From Acinetobacter phage Ab5: 64,000 nt of DNA. The stretch is taken from the sequence record PP763257.1; one strand, 5' to 3'. The notes beneath the pieces were generated by a model. The model was not told the DNA's origin, did no database searches, and worked only from the letters and a program-made list of their open reading frames with translations. Below, in pieces: positions 28,985 through 37,694 of this stretch (positions are counted from its first letter, which is position 1; every line of letters begins with the position of its first letter). The translations under genes and the position numbers were made by a program.

Positions 28985-29299
28985 ATGATTGGCGTTAAAT
29001 TTTTAGAGCAAAACGCAGAAAAGACTTTTGATGAGATTATTGCTAAACCAGATAATCGTAAAGTGTTTGTTGATCAGATTGGTAAATTGGCATCACAGAA
29101 AGCCACTATCGCTCGACAGCAAGAGGTTTTAAAGGATGATGTATCAATTGTAGCAGATGCTTTTAAACTTAGTAAGACAGAAGTTAATAAGCTTGTGGAA
29201 GCTCAATTAAAGGATGATATTGAAGGAAGTGTTGAGAAGCTGGAATCGTTGATTGATAAGTATCAAATTCTGTTAGGTGAAGTTGAAAACGATGAATAA
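28985..29299 (+). CDS. hypothetical protein
   Basis: 104 aa. GGAGAG RBS. Confidence 0.5.
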   Translation: MIGVKFLEQNAEKTFDEIIAKPDNRKVFVDQIGKLASQKATIARQQEVLKDDVSIVADAFKLSKTEVNKLVEAQLKDDIEGSVEKLESLIDKYQILLGEVENDE

Positions 29300-29561
29300 T
29301 ATTTTGAATGTTACTCTTTCTGACTTCTTACCAACAACAGAAGAGCTTGATAAGTTTTATGTCGTGTATAAGAATCAGGAAGACATTCTAAGTGTTGATA
29401 TCAAGGAGGGAGACGAAAGTCTCCTTTCTGAATATGATGCTTGGTTTGAAAATAAAGATTTAGATGCAGAGTTGTTATTCAATGCTTTATTTATGTCTAA
29501 AGTTTTTTATGAAGCAATCAATAATGTAGAGATTGTTGAGCAAGGAGAGAGTGATGACTAA
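29277..29561 (+). CDS. hypothetical protein
   Basis: 94 aa. Confidence 0.45.
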   Translation: MKLKTMNNILNVTLSDFLPTTEELDKFYVVYKNQEDILSVDIKEGDESLLSEYDAWFENKDLDAELLFNALFMSKVFYEAINNVEIVEQGESDD

Positions 29562-29769
29562 GAAGATTTATAATTTTAGTGTACCTATTTGTGGTGAAGA
29601 GTATTTTAGTGTAATAGCTAGTTCTTATGAAGAAGCTGTAGAAAAGATTAATAGAGAAGAATATTATGTAGAACCAACACTTGATGACATTGATTGGGAT
29701 TTTGGTTTCAGATCAGTTGGTGAAGAGCTTCCCAAATGCTACACTGTAGAAGATTATGATGGAGAGTAA
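29554..29769 (+). CDS. small protein of the recurrent ExxEA family
   Basis: ATG at 29554 after AAGGAGAGAG. Contains KIYNFSV...VIASSYEEAVEKI. Confidence 0.4.
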   Translation: MTKKIYNFSVPICGEEYFSVIASSYEEAVEKINREEYYVEPTLDDIDWDFGFRSVGEELPKCYTVEDYDGE

Positions 29770-29772
29770 TTG

Positions 29773-29946
29773 ATGAAAGTTTATGTACATGCAAGTTACC
29801 TAGTAACTGAAACATTTCCGATTGAAGTGGATGAAGAAAGTGAGATTAGAGATAAGGCTTGGTCACTTGCTTATGACTTAACACATAAGTACGATGTTGA
29901 AGATATTTATGATGTTGATTGGGAAATCATTGAGGAGGATGAATGA
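29773..29946 (+). CDS. small protein (57 aa) of the recurrent ExxEA family
   Basis: GGAGAG RBS. MKVYVHASY...IEVDEESEIRDKAWSLA. Below the ORF-track cutoff. Confidence 0.4.
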   Translation: MKVYVHASYLVTETFPIEVDEESEIRDKAWSLAYDLTHKYDVEDIYDVDWEIIEEDE

Positions 29947-30692
29947 AGGGTGGTGATCTAATAAACACTATTCTTCCATCAAATAACTGTGGTGATTTTA
30001 TGATTTTAGAATATGAAAATTCTAGGAGAGTTAAAGTTAGATTTTTAAAAACAGGTTATGAGTGTGTCTCATCTTTACGAAATTTGAAATTAGGTCAAGT
30101 GAAAGATAGAATGTTACCTTCTGTTTTTGGGGTTGGATTTCTTGGTGATGCGCCAACTAAGATTGATTCTTTGATATTGAGGGAATATTCTATATGGGTT
30201 CAGATGCTTCGTAGATGTTATTCTTTGGTTGATAGATCAAAATACCCCTCTTATGAAAATTGTAGTGTATCTGATTATTTTTTGAATTATTCTAATTTTA
30301 GTAGCTGGTGTAATAAACAGATTGGTTTTGGTAATCAAGGTTGGCACTTAGATAAAGACTTGTTAGTAAAAGGTAATAAAGTTTATAGTGAAGAAACGTG
30401 TATTTTCTTACCCCAAGAGTTAAACTCTTTAGTGATAAGAAACAACTCTTGTCGTGGGAAGTATCCAATTGGTGTTAGTTTCAACAAAGACTCTTCAAAA
30501 TTTATGTCGCAGTTAAGTATGTCTTTTGAAACAAAATATATTGGTTATTACAACACACCTGAAGAAGCTTTCTATGCTTATAAAGAAGCTAAAGAAGCCT
30601 TTATTAAAGAACAGGCTAAGAAGTGGAAAGATAAGATTGACCCTAGAGCTTGCGAAGCTTTGATGAATTATGAGGTAGATATTAATGATTAG
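29943..30692 (+). CDS. HNH-AP2 type homing endonuclease (paralogue 1 of 3)
   Basis: C-terminal GYYNTPEEAFYAYKEAKEAF is an AP2-type DNA-binding domain. The central region is conserved with the ORFs at 44983 (+) and 51550 (-). Confidence 0.65.
   Translation: MKGGDLINTILPSNNCGDFMILEYENSRRVKVRFLKTGYECVSSLRNLKLGQVKDRMLPSVFGVGFLGDAPTKIDSLILREYSIWVQMLRRCYSLVDRSKYPSYENCSVSDYFLNYSNFSSWCNKQIGFGNQGWHLDKDLLVKGNKVYSEETCIFLPQELNSLVIRNNSCRGKYPIGVSFNKDSSKFMSQLSMSFETKYIGYYNTPEEAFYAYKEAKEAFIKEQAKKWKDKIDPRACEALMNYEVDIND
30541..30692 (+). repeat. dispersed DNA repeat copy A (3' end of HNH-AP2 gene)
   Basis: About 150 nt with high nucleotide identity to 45619-45771. Confidence 0.5.
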
Positions 30693-30706
30693 TGAGGATA
30701 AATAAC

Positions 30707-31708
30707 GTGGGAAAAATTACTAATGAAGATTGGAAACAGAAAGCTTTAGATTATCGCAAGCAGGGTTTATCCTCTCGTAAGATTTGTGATAAGTTGGGAT
30801 GGAGTCGAACTAAGAAAAGTACGATAAATTATTTCTTCGAACGTCATGATCGTGAACAACAAGCTGTAGATGCGTTGTTTAAATCAGCACAAGAAGAACC
30901 AAGTGTTAAGATTCTTTATTTGGATTTGGAATACACATTCTCTTTCTCAGGACATTTTCAGAATTGGGGTGTTAATATTTCACAGGATGCCAAGATTCGT
31001 GAAAGTCATTTACTTTCTTACGCATACGCTTGGAATAACGGAGAAGTTAAGGGTGAGGTTTTAAAGGCTGAAGCTATTCAGAACGACTTACTACGATCTA
31101 TTGTTCAGAATGATGTTAAAACAGATATTGATTTTGATATGACATTAAAGCTTTGGCATTTGTTAGATCAATGTGATATTGCTATCGCACATAATTCAAG
31201 AGGTTATGACATTAAGCAAATGAATTCATTGTTTTTAAAATACAACTTACCACTACCTTCTCCGTATAAGGTTGTTGACACTTTAGCAATTGCTAAGAAG
31301 ATGTTTAAACTTCCATTTAAGAGTTTGAAATACTTAGCTCAATATTTGAATGTTACACAGAAGATTGACAATGGTGGTAACGAGTTTTGGCGTTTGGCTT
31401 CAATTGGTTATTCTGATGAAGTTTTAAATGAAATGCTCACTTATAATAAAGGTGACATTGAAACGTTACGTGAAGTTTATTTGAAATTAAGGATGTATAA
31501 TAATGATGGGGTTAATGTTGCTGCATTTGATGGTGGTGATGAGGTACGATGTCCTACTTGCTCTTCTACTGACTTATCTAAGTTAAACAAGCAAGCTACA
31601 ACTACACGACATCAATATGATGTTTATCGTTGTAATCACTGTCAAGCTTTAAGTCGTTCAGCAAACGTTAAAGGTGAAGCTAAATATTTGGTTCATGTGA
31701 GTGGTTGA
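30707..31708 (+). CDS. DEDDy-type 3'-5' exonuclease with N-terminal HTH and C-terminal Zn ribbon
   Basis: Exo I ILYLDLEYTF, Exo II IAHNSRGYDIKQM, Exo III YNKGDIETL. The N-terminal LSSRKICDKLGWSRTK is HTH-like. C-terminal CPTCSS...CNHCQ. GTG start at 30707 after GAGGAT. Confidence 0.6.
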   Translation: MGKITNEDWKQKALDYRKQGLSSRKICDKLGWSRTKKSTINYFFERHDREQQAVDALFKSAQEEPSVKILYLDLEYTFSFSGHFQNWGVNISQDAKIRESHLLSYAYAWNNGEVKGEVLKAEAIQNDLLRSIVQNDVKTDIDFDMTLKLWHLLDQCDIAIAHNSRGYDIKQMNSLFLKYNLPLPSPYKVVDTLAIAKKMFKLPFKSLKYLAQYLNVTQKIDNGGNEFWRLASIGYSDEVLNEMLTYNKGDIETLREVYLKLRMYNNDGVNVAAFDGGDEVRCPTCSSTDLSKLNKQATTTRHQYDVYRCNHCQALSRSANVKGEAKYLVHVSG

Positions 31709-31946
31709 TATGTTAAGTTATCAAGAAGAGAGAGAGCTTTGGCAGCTTATTAAAAAGTTTTCAAAATCTAAAGAGTTTAGACATACGGTTTCTGGTAGTA
31801 TTTTATTAACAGAGTATTATCTGGATGGTGATGTCTTATCTATAGAGGAAATTGATAATCTTGTTTCGGTTTCTTTAAACGATTGTGAAATTTATGGATA
31901 TATTGATGTGAAAAGTGCTTTGGAGAATCCACCTGATGAAAATTGA
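31701..31946 (+). CDS. hypothetical protein
   Basis: 81 aa. Confidence 0.45.
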   Translation: MVDMLSYQEERELWQLIKKFSKSKEFRHTVSGSILLTEYYLDGDVLSIEEIDNLVSVSLNDCEIYGYIDVKSALENPPDEN

Positions 31947-32217
31947 TGTTAAAGAAAAGTTGGTTAAGGTTGACATTGTGACAAATAAGATTTTCCTTAA
32001 AGCTATCAAGAGGGAGGATTTGATTTCAATAACACTTCCCGATTGTTACTTAAGAGAGGATCGTTTAATTTGTAAGCGTGTTGGCGAAGTATATGAATTC
32101 ACTATTCATGATGAAGAGTTGGGATATATTGATTTTAAAATTCGACCGCAAGTAGAGAGCCAAGATTACAACACTCGTGAAATTATGTGTACTTTACTAA
32201 GTATGCACAATAACTAA
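31915..32217 (+). CDS. hypothetical protein
   Basis: 100 aa. Confidence 0.45.
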   Translation: MLWRIHLMKIDVKEKLVKVDIVTNKIFLKAIKREDLISITLPDCYLREDRLICKRVGEVYEFTIHDEELGYIDFKIRPQVESQDYNTREIMCTLLSMHNN

Positions 32218-32287
32218 CCAAACAGTTTGAAATTTGAAAATATTGATTGACATACTTTTCGAAGTGTGTCATTATTTGTTTTGTAAA

Positions 32288-32364
32288 GGGCTGTTCGTCT
32301 AATTGGATAAGACATCATAATTCTAGTGTGATTGATGCAGGTTCGAATCCTGTGCAGCCTGCCA
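32288..32364 (+). tRNA. tRNA-Arg (anticodon UCU)
   Basis: Hand-folded cloverleaf. Acceptor stem GGGCTGT/GCAGCCT (two G-U pairs). D-arm GTCT-AATTGGATA-AGAC. Anticodon arm TCATA-ATTCTAG-TGTGA with U33 and A37. 5-nt variable loop. T-arm GCAGG-TTCGAAT-CCTGT. Encoded GCCA 3' end. Confidence 0.75.
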
Positions 32365-32388
32365 AGATTTTAATATAGGAGAAAGAGG

Positions 32389-33078
32389 GTGACAGAAAAA
32401 TTTTCAGAGATGACAGAAACAAGTAACACAGAATTAACACCACAACAACAATATAAAAACATTTTAGAAAAAGCACTTCAAGCAGCAATTTTATTAAACA
32501 AAATTATTCGTGGTAAATCAGTTGAAGAATATTCAGATGAAGAGTTATCTGAAGCAATCTTTACACAATCTAATGTTGTAACCAAAGAAGAAATTATTGA
32601 ATGGATTTCTAATTATGGTTTAGATACTGTTGAGGAATTGGATGGTGCTTGTGACACAGCGTTCACAGTCGTTTATTTACACCACCTTTTAGAAGAAGCT
32701 AAGAAACGAGATTATATTGAAGTTAATTACAAGCATACCAACTTAATCACTTTACTTGGTAATCTTGTGATGTCTAATCTTCCATTAGATGATGATAAAT
32801 ACTATGATACTTTTGAAGAAGCAATGGATCGTGTTATTGAAAACAATATGTCTAAAGTGACAACTGATGTTGAATATTTTAAAAAATGGGAATCACCAAA
32901 AGGTGAAAAATTAATTCCTAAGTCAACAGTGGTTGATGGAACACGCTATTATTTGTTGGTTAATGCTGAAGGAAAGTGTCGTAAACCAGATCACTTTGTT
33001 AGTGTTGATTTGACAGATTTAGCAGAACGTTTAGAGAAACAATGGAATGGGGTTACAAATGGCAAAGAAGAAAACTAA
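32389..33078 (+). CDS. hypothetical protein
   Basis: 229 aa, GTG start with a GGAGAAAGAGG RBS directly downstream of the tRNA. Confidence 0.5.
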   Translation: MTEKFSEMTETSNTELTPQQQYKNILEKALQAAILLNKIIRGKSVEEYSDEELSEAIFTQSNVVTKEEIIEWISNYGLDTVEELDGACDTAFTVVYLHHLLEEAKKRDYIEVNYKHTNLITLLGNLVMSNLPLDDDKYYDTFEEAMDRVIENNMSKVTTDVEYFKKWESPKGEKLIPKSTVVDGTRYYLLVNAEGKCRKPDHFVSVDLTDLAERLEKQWNGVTNGKEEN

Positions 33079-33490
33079 AGGAAAGCAGAGTGATTATATT
33101 CAACATCGTGTTGGTGTTTATGCAACAGAATCAGATTTGAAAGATGACACAGTTGTTTTTCTAGCTGTTCAATGTGGGATATTAACACCAAACGATTATG
33201 ATATTGTTGATGCTGTTGTTGGCGACAAGAGACCAGAAAAGAAGATTGTTGTTAAAGAATATTCTGAAAAGGCTATTCAAGCTATTTTAAAAAACCTATT
33301 TGGATTTAGGGATGGTTGGTATGAAGTTGAAGTTGTAGAGAAACAACGTACACGATTTGGTAATAAAGTTGTATACAATGAGAAACGTTACACTGGATTA
33401 GAGAGGGAAGATAAGGATTGGACATCATCCTCAATGTGTAGTGATGAGATGAAGAGTTGTTTAGTCTTCGGATCGAGAGGTGAAGTCTAA
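33047..33490 (+). CDS. hypothetical protein
   Basis: 147 aa. Start uncertain (alternative ATG at 33059). Confidence 0.45.
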   Translation: MGLQMAKKKTKGKQSDYIQHRVGVYATESDLKDDTVVFLAVQCGILTPNDYDIVDAVVGDKRPEKKIVVKEYSEKAIQAILKNLFGFRDGWYEVEVVEKQRTRFGNKVVYNEKRYTGLEREDKDWTSSSMCSDEMKSCLVFGSRGEV

Positions 33491-33750
33491 TGCTTTATTT
33501 TGTTATTACTTATCTTCTGGTTGGAATTGTATTAACTACTCTTTTATGTAAATTGGTTGATGATAATATTGATGAGTTTAAAGAATATGTGAATGATGAA
33601 GCAAGTTATAATTTTTATGTAAATCATAAATGGATTTGCTTCTCAATCTTAGTTTTCGCAACTCCTTTGTATTATACATATCAATTTGCAGTTTGGTTTA
33701 TTAAGTATTTAGTTGGTTTAACGTTGAAATTATTTGGTGGTAAGAAGTGA
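33490..33750 (+). CDS. small membrane protein
   Basis: 86 aa with two hydrophobic helices. Confidence 0.45.
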   Translation: MLYFVITYLLVGIVLTTLLCKLVDDNIDEFKEYVNDEASYNFYVNHKWICFSILVFATPLYYTYQFAVWFIKYLVGLTLKLFGGKK

Positions 33751-34772
33751 TTAAGAGTGATTTATTAATCGAGTCTTCAAGTTATGTGGACAAATATCCA
33801 CAGTTTGTTGAAGCAATCCGAAAACAAAAAGAAGATTTATTTTGGACAGAAAAAGAAATTGATCTGAATAAGGATAAACAGGATTTACGGCATCGTTTGT
33901 CTAAAGCCCAACGACATGCGATCTCTTTTAATCAAAAACTGTTTACAAAATATGAGAGTGTTATTGGACAGGATTATTGGATTGGGGTTGTGTCAAAACG
34001 ATACAAACGTCATGAAATTCAGCGAATGGCTGCTTGCTTTGCAGATGTTGAGATGAATATTCATTTTCCTTTTTATCGAAGAGTGAATGAAGTTCTTGGC
34101 GTACACAATGATGAATTCTACCAGCAATTTGAAACAGACCCTCTCTTGATTGAGCGTGTTAAATTCATGAATGACTTGGTGTCTAGTAAGGATACGTTAG
34201 TATCAATTGGCGGGTTTGCTTTTATGGAGGGGGCTGTGCTGTTCACAGCATTTGCGATGATTAAGTCGTTGAGTGTTCATGGTCAAAACTTCATGTCAAA
34301 TTTGGTGGCTGGGATTGAGATGTCTGTTTTAGACGAGAGTCATCATTTCGACATGGCAGCAGAAATATTCAAACTGCAAAAGAAACAAGAAAAACGATCT
34401 AAGGAAGAATTGAAAGAGCTAGAGTTAAAGATTAAAGATCATGCACGTAATGTGTATGAGCATGAGTGTCTTTTGATTAAAGCAATGCTTGCCGAAGGAG
34501 ACATCCCATTCGCAGGATATAAGGATTTAACTGGATTTGCTGCACACCGTTGTAATATGGTATTAAATGCATTAGGATACTCTTCTATATTTGATGAGTC
34601 TGATGACACGATTAGTTCTTGGTTCTACTCTTCAATGAACTCTTTTAAGTTTAACGACAACTTTTATACTCGTGGTCGAAACTATAAGAAAGAGTTTACT
34701 GAGAAGGATTTCGATATATTTAGTACAGGTGAGTTTAAAGAGGTTTTAAATAAGGTGGAAGGTGTTTATTAA
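33747..34772 (+). CDS. ribonucleotide reductase small (beta/R2) subunit
   Basis: 341 aa ferritin-like protein with paired E...H metal-ligand motifs (VEMNIH, EGAVLF, DESHHF). Immediately upstream of the large subunit. Confidence 0.7.
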   Translation: MIKSDLLIESSSYVDKYPQFVEAIRKQKEDLFWTEKEIDLNKDKQDLRHRLSKAQRHAISFNQKLFTKYESVIGQDYWIGVVSKRYKRHEIQRMAACFADVEMNIHFPFYRRVNEVLGVHNDEFYQQFETDPLLIERVKFMNDLVSSKDTLVSIGGFAFMEGAVLFTAFAMIKSLSVHGQNFMSNLVAGIEMSVLDESHHFDMAAEIFKLQKKQEKRSKEELKELELKIKDHARNVYEHECLLIKAMLAEGDIPFAGYKDLTGFAAHRCNMVLNALGYSSIFDESDDTISSWFYSSMNSFKFNDNFYTRGRNYKKEFTEKDFDIFSTGEFKEVLNKVEGVY

Positions 34773-36514
34773 TGACTAAGGTTCGTAATTTTAGTAAAGA
34801 GCGAAAACAGCTGCAAAAAGAGGGTTTATGTCCTAGTTGGATGACAACACAAGGTTATCAATTACTAGCAACTAAATATCTTAACGGTGAATCTAAATCA
34901 CCAAAAGACCAATATGAACGTATTGCAAAAACTCTAGCTAAACATGCACCAAAAGAATTTCCTGATTTTTGGAATGAGATTGATTATTGGAAAGATAAAA
35001 GTTGGGAGCAAGCTTTCTTTTCTATCTTATGGGATGGTTTATTAAGTCCATCAACACCAGTCCTAACAAACACAGGGACGGATTTCGGTTTGACTGTTTC
35101 TTGTAGTGGAGCTTATGTTGGTGACAGTGTTTATGACTTTTATGAGAGTCGAATGACCAATGCTTTGTTAAGTAAGGAAGGTTTTGGTACTTCGGCTTAT
35201 CTAGGTGATATTCGCCCACGAGGAAGTAAAATGAAAGGGGGTGAAGCTTCAGGAGCGCAACCTGTAGCAGAAATGTTTGTAGATGATTCTAAGAAGATTT
35301 CACAAGGGTCATCTAGACGGGGCGCTACTGCTTGGTATTATCCAATTGAAGGTGACGATTTTAACGAATTGGTACATTATTTAGAAACAGATACAGATGG
35401 TAATAATGCTGGTTGGTGTTTAACGGACAGCTTCTTTGAAAAGCTTAAATCTGGTGATAAAGAAGCTATTAAACGTTGGGGTAAAATGCTATCATGTAAG
35501 GGTAATGTTGGTAGTGGTTATCAGTTTTTTGTTGACAAGGTTAATCGACAAAGACCAGAAGCTTACGTGAAAAACAATCTTTTTGTAAAAGCGTCTCAAC
35601 TCTGTTCGGAGATAACTTTGTTCTCTGATGAAGATCATGTTTATACTTGTATTCTTAGTAGCGAGAACTTAAGAATGTGGTACAATCGTCCTAAAATGCT
35701 TGCTTTTGTTGCAACGGTGTTCTTAGATTGTGTTACAGAAGAGTTTATTCAAAAGGGTAAAAATATCGCTGGGATTGAAAAAGCGATTAGATATACGGAA
35801 AAAGCTCGTAGTCTTGGATTAGGTGCTATGGCATTTCATACCCTGTTGTTAGATAACAATATTGTTTATGGAAGTCTGGAAAGTCAGATATTAAATCATG
35901 AGATTTTCTCCACTATTCAAGGTGAAGCGAAACAAGCTTCGCAATGGTTGGCTACTATATTTGGTGAACCAGAATGGTGTGTTGGAACTGGTATGAGAAA
36001 TACACACTTAACAGCAATTGCTCCAACTAAAAGTACAGCCCTGATTCTAGGAGGTGTGTCTGAAGGAATTAACCCTCAAGTTGGTTTTGTTTTCACTCAG
36101 TCAACCCCTGCTGGGGAAGTTTTTCGTATTGATCCATCATTCTTAAACTTATTGAAGACGAAGGGTCTATACGTGTCTGAGGATGACAGAGATACCTTGA
36201 AGCTTTTGGGTGATATCAACAATCACAAAGGAAGTATTCAACACCGACCAGAGTTTTCTCAAGAGGAAAAAGCTGTATTCAGAACAGCTTTTGAGATTAA
36301 TCCTTATGATCACATTGATTTGGTTGATTACAGACAACAGTTTGTTTGTCAGTCACAAAGTTGTAATCTTTTTGTGACAAACATGTCTGGTAAGGAGGTT
36401 AGTAAATTGTATTTCTATGCTTATGCTAAACCTAATATTGCTTCTTTGTATTACCACACAGGAATGCGAGACTCTAATATTAAAACGAACTTTGAATGTT
36501 CTAGTTGTGAATAA
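34772..36514 (+). CDS. ribonucleotide reductase large (alpha/R1) subunit, no ATP-cone
   Basis: LCSEITL matches the NxCxE active-site loop. C-terminal CxxC pair (ECSSCE). 580 aa, with no N-terminal ATP-cone sequence apparent. Confidence 0.8.
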   Translation: MTKVRNFSKERKQLQKEGLCPSWMTTQGYQLLATKYLNGESKSPKDQYERIAKTLAKHAPKEFPDFWNEIDYWKDKSWEQAFFSILWDGLLSPSTPVLTNTGTDFGLTVSCSGAYVGDSVYDFYESRMTNALLSKEGFGTSAYLGDIRPRGSKMKGGEASGAQPVAEMFVDDSKKISQGSSRRGATAWYYPIEGDDFNELVHYLETDTDGNNAGWCLTDSFFEKLKSGDKEAIKRWGKMLSCKGNVGSGYQFFVDKVNRQRPEAYVKNNLFVKASQLCSEITLFSDEDHVYTCILSSENLRMWYNRPKMLAFVATVFLDCVTEEFIQKGKNIAGIEKAIRYTEKARSLGLGAMAFHTLLLDNNIVYGSLESQILNHEIFSTIQGEAKQASQWLATIFGEPEWCVGTGMRNTHLTAIAPTKSTALILGGVSEGINPQVGFVFTQSTPAGEVFRIDPSFLNLLKTKGLYVSEDDRDTLKLLGDINNHKGSIQHRPEFSQEEKAVFRTAFEINPYDHIDLVDYRQQFVCQSQSCNLFVTNMSGKEVSKLYFYAYAKPNIASLYYHTGMRDSNIKTNFECSSCE

Positions 36515-36578
36515 CAGTGTAGAGTTGTAATGTCTAACGAGGGTGTTGTCCAACACCTTCTCTGATTGGAGTTTAAAA

Positions 36579-36809
36579 ATGTTTAAGATATATGGTCGTA
36601 ATGGTTGTAGCTCGTGTGTTCAAGCTAAAGCTCTATTAGAATCTAAAGGGATTCCCTTAGAGTACCTCTCAATAGGTAAGGACTATGACTTGCAAAAGTT
36701 CATGTCGTTCAATCCAAGTCACAAAACATTTCCGCTAATTACACGGGTTGTTGAAGGTGTTGAGAAATATGTTGGTGGTCTTACTGAATTAAAAGAAATT
36801 CTAAAATAA
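36579..36809 (+). CDS. NrdH/glutaredoxin-like redoxin
   Basis: MFKIYGRNGCSSCVQAKALL contains a CxxC thioredoxin-fold motif. Start at ATG 36579 (GGAG 8 nt upstream), not the track start at 36543. Confidence 0.65.
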   Translation: MFKIYGRNGCSSCVQAKALLESKGIPLEYLSIGKDYDLQKFMSFNPSHKTFPLITRVVEGVEKYVGGLTELKEILK

Positions 36810-36813
36810 TTTT

Positions 36814-36863
36814 AACGGAATGTTGACTTAACTGTTGACATTCCGTTTTTTATTGTCTAAAAT
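36814..36863 (+). promoter_or_regulatory. conserved terminator/promoter cassette (copy A)
   Basis: Inverted repeat AACGGAATG ... CATTCCGTT encloses ATGTTGACTTAACTGTTGACAT, is followed by a T-run, and TAAAAT lies 17 nt after the second TTGACA. Near-identical core to 44385-44431. Confidence 0.5.
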
Positions 36864-37070
36864 TCAATTATCAAAACCATGCGTATTAAGGAATGTTTTA
36901 GATGTTATCATTTTATATTGTTATATCAACTTTGCTATTAGGATTTACTGGAGCTTCATGGAGTCAGGTTGGTTATTTAAATGTGTTAATTAAATTAACT
37001 TTATTGTTGACATGTTTTATTGGAATGTGTATTATGCTTCATAACTTTAATTTATCTTGGAAAGTTTAAG

Positions 37071-37289
37071 ATGAAGATTGGTGAGTTTGAGATAAAAGAA
37101 AATACATTTAGTATTGGAAACAATTATGTAATTGTATATGATGATGGTAAGATTGGTGTAGTTGCTAAAGGTGTTCATTGTTTTGTTCACGATTTTGCAA
37201 AACTAGAAGGTATTTTAGGTCTTGTTCGTAGTTACCACGAAAAAGAAATTCAGGAAAATTTTAGGAATTGGATTCATGAAGTTAAATAA
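37071..37289 (+). CDS. hypothetical protein
   Basis: Start chosen at MKIGEF (ATG 37071). The track start at 37020 lies inside the promoter region. Confidence 0.4.
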   Translation: MKIGEFEIKENTFSIGNNYVIVYDDGKIGVVAKGVHCFVHDFAKLEGILGLVRSYHEKEIQENFRNWIHEVK

Positions 37290-37449
37290 TATTGTTTTAA
37301 AACCTAATAAAGAAACTTTCTATGATGAAGAAGTTTCGAAAAAGAAGTTTAAAAAGTTGTCTAAAGAGTTTCGAAAGAATCGTAAAAACAAGCACGATGT
37401 ATTTCGATTAAACAGTGAACACACACTAGAGGATTTTTATTATGAGTAA
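37276..37449 (+). CDS. hypothetical basic small protein (57 aa)
   Basis: AGGAAT RBS 7 nt before the ATG at 37276. The upstream part of the track ORF overlaps the previous gene. Confidence 0.35.
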   Translation: MKLNNIVLKPNKETFYDEEVSKKKFKKLSKEFRKNRKNKHDVFRLNSEHTLEDFYYE

Positions 37450-37690
37450 TGTTGAAGTAAAATCTGCACAATTAAGTGATTTAAAGTTAACATTATCTAC
37501 TAATGTAGATGAAGATGCTTTGAATCAATACATTGATGATATTGTCCAGAGTTGTGAAGATAAATGGAATGATGTTAGTATTGATTACAATTCATTTGAA
37601 GATTATGTTTTAGATGAATTTGATGTTGATTATTTACTTAAATCTGGTATTATTAAAGTTGAAACTGAATTTTTCCATGTAGCATGGTGA
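37442..37690 (+). CDS. hypothetical acidic protein
   Basis: 82 aa. Confidence 0.45.
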   Translation: MSNVEVKSAQLSDLKLTLSTNVDEDALNQYIDDIVQSCEDKWNDVSIDYNSFEDYVLDEFDVDYLLKSGIIKVETEFFHVAW

Positions 37691-37694
37691 GTTT

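Noticed and set aside
32288-32364. Possible intron or extra arm in the tRNA, suggested by the long segment CATAATTCTAGTGTGATTGATG
   Set aside because: The segment folds as a normal 5-bp anticodon stem with a 7-nt loop and a 5-nt variable loop. There is no intron, and the tRNA is standard length.
35022-35219. 65-aa - strand ORF inside the RNR alpha gene (also 36353-36556)
   Set aside because: Antisense shadow ORFs inside a conserved enzyme gene.
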